Below, piece by piece: positions 35,070 through 38,026 of a stretch of 38,026 nucleotides of DNA. Each line of letters starts with the position of its first letter. Positions within the stretch are counted from its first letter, which is position 1. The translations under genes and the position numbers were made by a program. The notes under the pieces were generated by a model. The model saw nothing but the letters and a program-made list of their open reading frames with translations, was not told where the DNA came from and ran no database searches. The DNA comes from Vulcanimicrobiota bacterium (GTDB lineage: Bacteria; Vulcanimicrobiota; Vulcanimicrobiia; Vulcanimicrobiales; Vulcanimicrobiaceae): assembly GCA_003135555.1 (NCBI GenBank), contig PLCF01000076.1, positions 1 through 38,026 of the forward strand. Direction: 5' to 3'.

Positions 35070-36139
35070 TGCAGTCAGAGAGCGCGGGTCCGCCCGCGCC
35101 CCGGCGCGCTATCGCGGCCTGGCTCGACCGCGACTGGCTGCTCGCCCTCTCGCTCGCGCTCGCGGTCGGCGTGCTGGTCTGGTTCGGCCGCTCGATCAAG
35201 GAATTCTTCGCGCCCAGCGCCGCGACGGTATTCGTCCCCGCGTTTGCCGGACAGACCAATGCCGACGCGCAGGTCGAATGCGGCCGCTTGCGGCTGCGCT
35301 GCGTGGTGATCGCCAGCCGCCCCAGCGACCGGTATCCCAAGGACGTCGTGATGAACCAGCAGCCGGACTCCGGTGCGCGGGTGCGCGAAGGGCGGCAGAT
35401 CTCGTTGATCGTCAGCAGCGGCGTGACGATCTTTCCGATGCCCGACTTGCGTTTCGAGTCCTTGCGTAACGCTAGCCTCGACTTGAGCCACTTCAAGTTG
35501 CAGCTCGACAAGACGACGTACGTCCCCGACGACAACGTTCCACGCGACCACGTCGTCGGGCAGGATCCGCTACCCCTCTCGAGCGTGCGGCAGGGCTCGA
35601 AGGTCTCGCTCCAGTTGAGCAACGGGCCCCCGGGCGGTGTGAAGGTCGTCAACTTCACCGGTATGTCGATCGATGCCGCGCGCGCCGCGGCGCAGCGCCA
35701 ACGCGTACACTTGGGACAGATCGTGTGGACGCCGTTCGGGACGGGCGGACCGTCGCGCGGCATCGTGGTGCGGCAGAACCCGGGCCCGGGCTCGACGATC
35801 GAGCCGTTCGAAGAGGTATCGTTGCAAGTGAGCGCGGGTCCGGGTGAATACGGGTACCTCATCCGCCAGGTGCACGCGTCGGCGACGGTGCCGCCGCGCG
35901 ACGATGCGGCGCACGTGCGCATCGAGGTGCGCGACGAGACCGGGACGTGGAACGTCTACGACGGCTTCGCACAGGGCGGTCAGAAGCTCGACTTCAACGT
36001 CACCGCCGTCGGCAGCGCCGAGCTCGACACCTACATCAACAACGAGCTGCTCAATCAAACGCAGCTCGGCAGCGAACCGCCGCGCTGGATCCCTAGCGCG
36101 GCGCCGCACATCGATCAGCCCGTAAAAAAGCCCACATGA
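35069..36139 (+). CDS. Membrane-anchored PASTA-domain protein (3 PASTA repeats, no kinase domain)
   Basis: One N-terminal TM helix, then repeats VPAFAG...VMNQQP, MPDLR...VVGQDP and VVNFTG...VVRQNP. Confidence 0.8.
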   Translation: MQSESAGPPAPRRAIAAWLDRDWLLALSLALAVGVLVWFGRSIKEFFAPSAATVFVPAFAGQTNADAQVECGRLRLRCVVIASRPSDRYPKDVVMNQQPDSGARVREGRQISLIVSSGVTIFPMPDLRFESLRNASLDLSHFKLQLDKTTYVPDDNVPRDHVVGQDPLPLSSVRQGSKVSLQLSNGPPGGVKVVNFTGMSIDAARAAAQRQRVHLGQIVWTPFGTGGPSRGIVVRQNPGPGSTIEPFEEVSLQVSAGPGEYGYLIRQVHASATVPPRDDAAHVRIEVRDETGTWNVYDGFAQGGQKLDFNVTAVGSAELDTYINNELLNQTQLGSEPPRWIPSAAPHIDQPVKKPT

Positions 36140-36837
36140 CGTTGCGCGCACCGGTCAAGCGGCGCCGCGTGAAGCTCGCGCCGTCGCTGTTGTCGGCCGA
36201 CTTCGCCGACATCGCGGATCAGATTCGCATGGTCGAGAGCGGCGGCGCGGACGAGCTGCACCTCGATTCCATGGACGGCGTCTTCGTCCCCAACCTCACC
36301 TGGGGGATGAAGATCGTCAAAGACCTGCGCAAGCTGACGCCCTTGCCGTTCGACTGCCACCTCATGATCGTCGAGCCGGAGCGTTACGTCGACGCCTTCC
36401 GCGAGGCCGGCGCCGACGTCATCTCGTTTCACTACGAAGCGACGCCGCACGCGCATCGGCTGCTGCGCCACCTGCGCTCGATCGGCGCGAAGGCCGGGAT
36501 CGCCATCAATCCCGGCACCCCCGCGGCGATGCTCGCCGAACTGGCCGAAGAGATCGATCGCGTCGTGATCATGAGCGTCAACCCGGGCTTCGGTGGGCAG
36601 TCGTTCATCGAGCGCGCCATAGCGAAGGTGACCGAAGTGCGGGCGCTGCTCAAGAAGCGCAATCCAGCCTGCGAGATCGAGATCGACGGCGGGATCGGTT
36701 TGGAGAACATCGAGCGCGCGGTGAAGGCGGGCGCCGACGTGCTCGTCGCCGGGAACTCGGTTTTCGGCAGCGACGATCCCGCCGAGACGTTGCGCGAGAT
36801 GCGCCGCCGGATCGATGCGACGCCGCCCGCGCCGTAG
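36136..36837 (+). CDS. rpe: Ribulose-phosphate 3-epimerase
   Basis: APSLLSADF, HLDSMDG, DCHLM, MSVNPGFGGQ and EIDGG motifs. Confidence 0.95.
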   Translation: MTLRAPVKRRRVKLAPSLLSADFADIADQIRMVESGGADELHLDSMDGVFVPNLTWGMKIVKDLRKLTPLPFDCHLMIVEPERYVDAFREAGADVISFHYEATPHAHRLLRHLRSIGAKAGIAINPGTPAAMLAELAEEIDRVVIMSVNPGFGGQSFIERAIAKVTEVRALLKKRNPACEIEIDGGIGLENIERAVKAGADVLVAGNSVFGSDDPAETLREMRRRIDATPPAP

Positions 36838-36840
36838 GGC

Positions 36841-37854
36841 ATGACCGAGGACGAGCTCGTCGCGGCGATCCGCGCGCGCGTCGCATCCGTTCCCGCCGGG
36901 CGGCTGCTGGTCGGGATCGGTGACGATGCGGCGGTGTGGCAGCCCTCGCGCAGCAACCGCAGCGTGATCACGACCGATGCCCTCGTCGAGGGCGTGCACT
37001 TCACGCGTGACGCGATGAGCGCGTACGACGCCGGATGGCGCGCCCTCGCCTCGAACCTGTCGGACGTCGCGGCGATGGGGGCACGCCCGGTGTTGGCGAC
37101 GATCGCGTTAGGCTTCCCGGCCGGTACGGATCCGGCATGGCTGCTGGACTGCTACGACGGCATCGCCGCGCTGGCGACCCAGGCGGGCTGCGCGATCGCG
37201 GGCGGTGACCTGACCCGGGCCCCGGCGATCACCTTCGCCGTCACCGTCGTCGGCGAGGTGCGCGCATCGAACCTCAAGCGCCGAAACGGAGCGCGTCCGG
37301 GCGACGTCCTGGCGCTCACCGGGCCGCTGGGGGCGAGCCGGGCGGGGCTGCTCTTGGCCGTCGACCGGCCCGACCTCGCCGCCGACCCCGACTTGGCCGG
37401 GGTCTTGGCCGCGTACCGCACCCCGTGGCCGCGGCTGCGCGAGGGCGCGTGGTTGGGGGCCTCGCGACACGTGCGGGCGATGATGGACACGTCGGACGGC
37501 CTGTCCACCGACCTGGCTCGGCTGTGTGCGGCCTCCGGAACCGGCGCTTGCCTCGAGGACGTCCCGGTCGCCGAGGGCGCACGCCGCGTCGCCGCCCGCA
37601 GCGGAGACGACCCGGCGGCTTGGGCCCTGGACGGCGGCGAGGACTTCGAGCTGCTGATCAGCGTGGCCAAGCGCGGTTTCGGCCACCTCGCTCGGCGCTT
37701 CCGGGCCCGCTTCGGGGGCGAGCTGGTCCCGATCGGCCGGATGACGGCCGGGCCGGGCGTGCGGCGCGCCGACGGGACGCCGGTCCCGAGCGCCGGCTGG
37801 GATCACCTGCGCGGGGCAACGCAAAAAGAGCGCGACTCCGGTCGCGCCCCGTAA
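36841..37854 (+). CDS. thiL: Thiamine-monophosphate kinase
   Basis: GIGDDAA, EGVHF, NLSDVAAMGA, GGD, DTSDGL and GGEDFELL motifs. Confidence 0.94.
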   Translation: MTEDELVAAIRARVASVPAGRLLVGIGDDAAVWQPSRSNRSVITTDALVEGVHFTRDAMSAYDAGWRALASNLSDVAAMGARPVLATIALGFPAGTDPAWLLDCYDGIAALATQAGCAIAGGDLTRAPAITFAVTVVGEVRASNLKRRNGARPGDVLALTGPLGASRAGLLLAVDRPDLAADPDLAGVLAAYRTPWPRLREGAWLGASRHVRAMMDTSDGLSTDLARLCAASGTGACLEDVPVAEGARRVAARSGDDPAAWALDGGEDFELLISVAKRGFGHLARRFRARFGGELVPIGRMTAGPGVRRADGTPVPSAGWDHLRGATQKERDSGRAP

Positions 37855-37876
37855 GACTCCCGCCGGCTAGCGGGGC

Positions 37877-38026
37877 CTAGGCTGCCCCGACGCGCTTGAC
37901 GCGCTTGCTCCGCAGGCAGTTCGTGCAGACCCGCGCCGTCTTGTGGGTGCCGCGATCGTCGACCTTGACGGCCTGGAGGTTCGGCAGCCAGCGCCGCTTG
38001 GTTTTGTTCATCGCGTGGCTGACGTT
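37877..38026 (-). CDS. rpmB: 50S ribosomal protein L28, 3' part (gene starts beyond the window); not in the ORF track
   Basis: Translates NVSHAMNKTKRRWLPNLQAVKVDDRGTHKTARVCTNCLRSKRVKRVGAA*, the classic L28 signature. Confidence 0.93.
   Translation of the reverse strand, partial: NVSHAMNKTKRRWLPNLQAVKVDDRGTHKTARVCTNCLRSKRVKRVGAA

Noticed and set aside
37859..37875. Small hairpin between thiL and rpmB as a terminator
   Set aside because: Only a 5-bp stem and no U-tract on either strand.

Overview
High-GC bacterial chromosomal segment with mostly housekeeping genes. It contains a complete oxidative pentose-phosphate operon (tkt, tal-pgi fusion, gnd, zwf, opcA, pgl), dapD plus a PLP aminotransferase, two paralogous M16 peptidases, TetR/TetA-like and YtrA-like GntR modules with visible operators, a soluble double-MCP-domain chemoreceptor, and a radA / S9 peptidase / RraB-like / formiminotransferase cluster. 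It ends with cmk-plsC-ispH-prenyl synthase-GT-C/PMT fusion-yebC-PASTA-rpe-thiL and the 3' part of rpmB. No rRNA, tRNA, CRISPR array, integrase or transposase was seen. The most striking item is a small minus-strand SEC-C (zinc-binding) gene at 4777-5025 with its own promoter, strong SD and terminator. It reads as one coherent 81-aa protein only if the ribosome shifts +1 three times, each at a TTT-(T/C) Phe site, making it a candidate multi-step programmed frameshifting system. Also notable are two MIRU-like coding repeats in intercistronic gaps of the pentose-phosphate operon, a six-copy TTTATG(G/T)GCA array, a secreted protein whose peptide repeats are identical but synonymously recoded, and a degenerate REP-like family.
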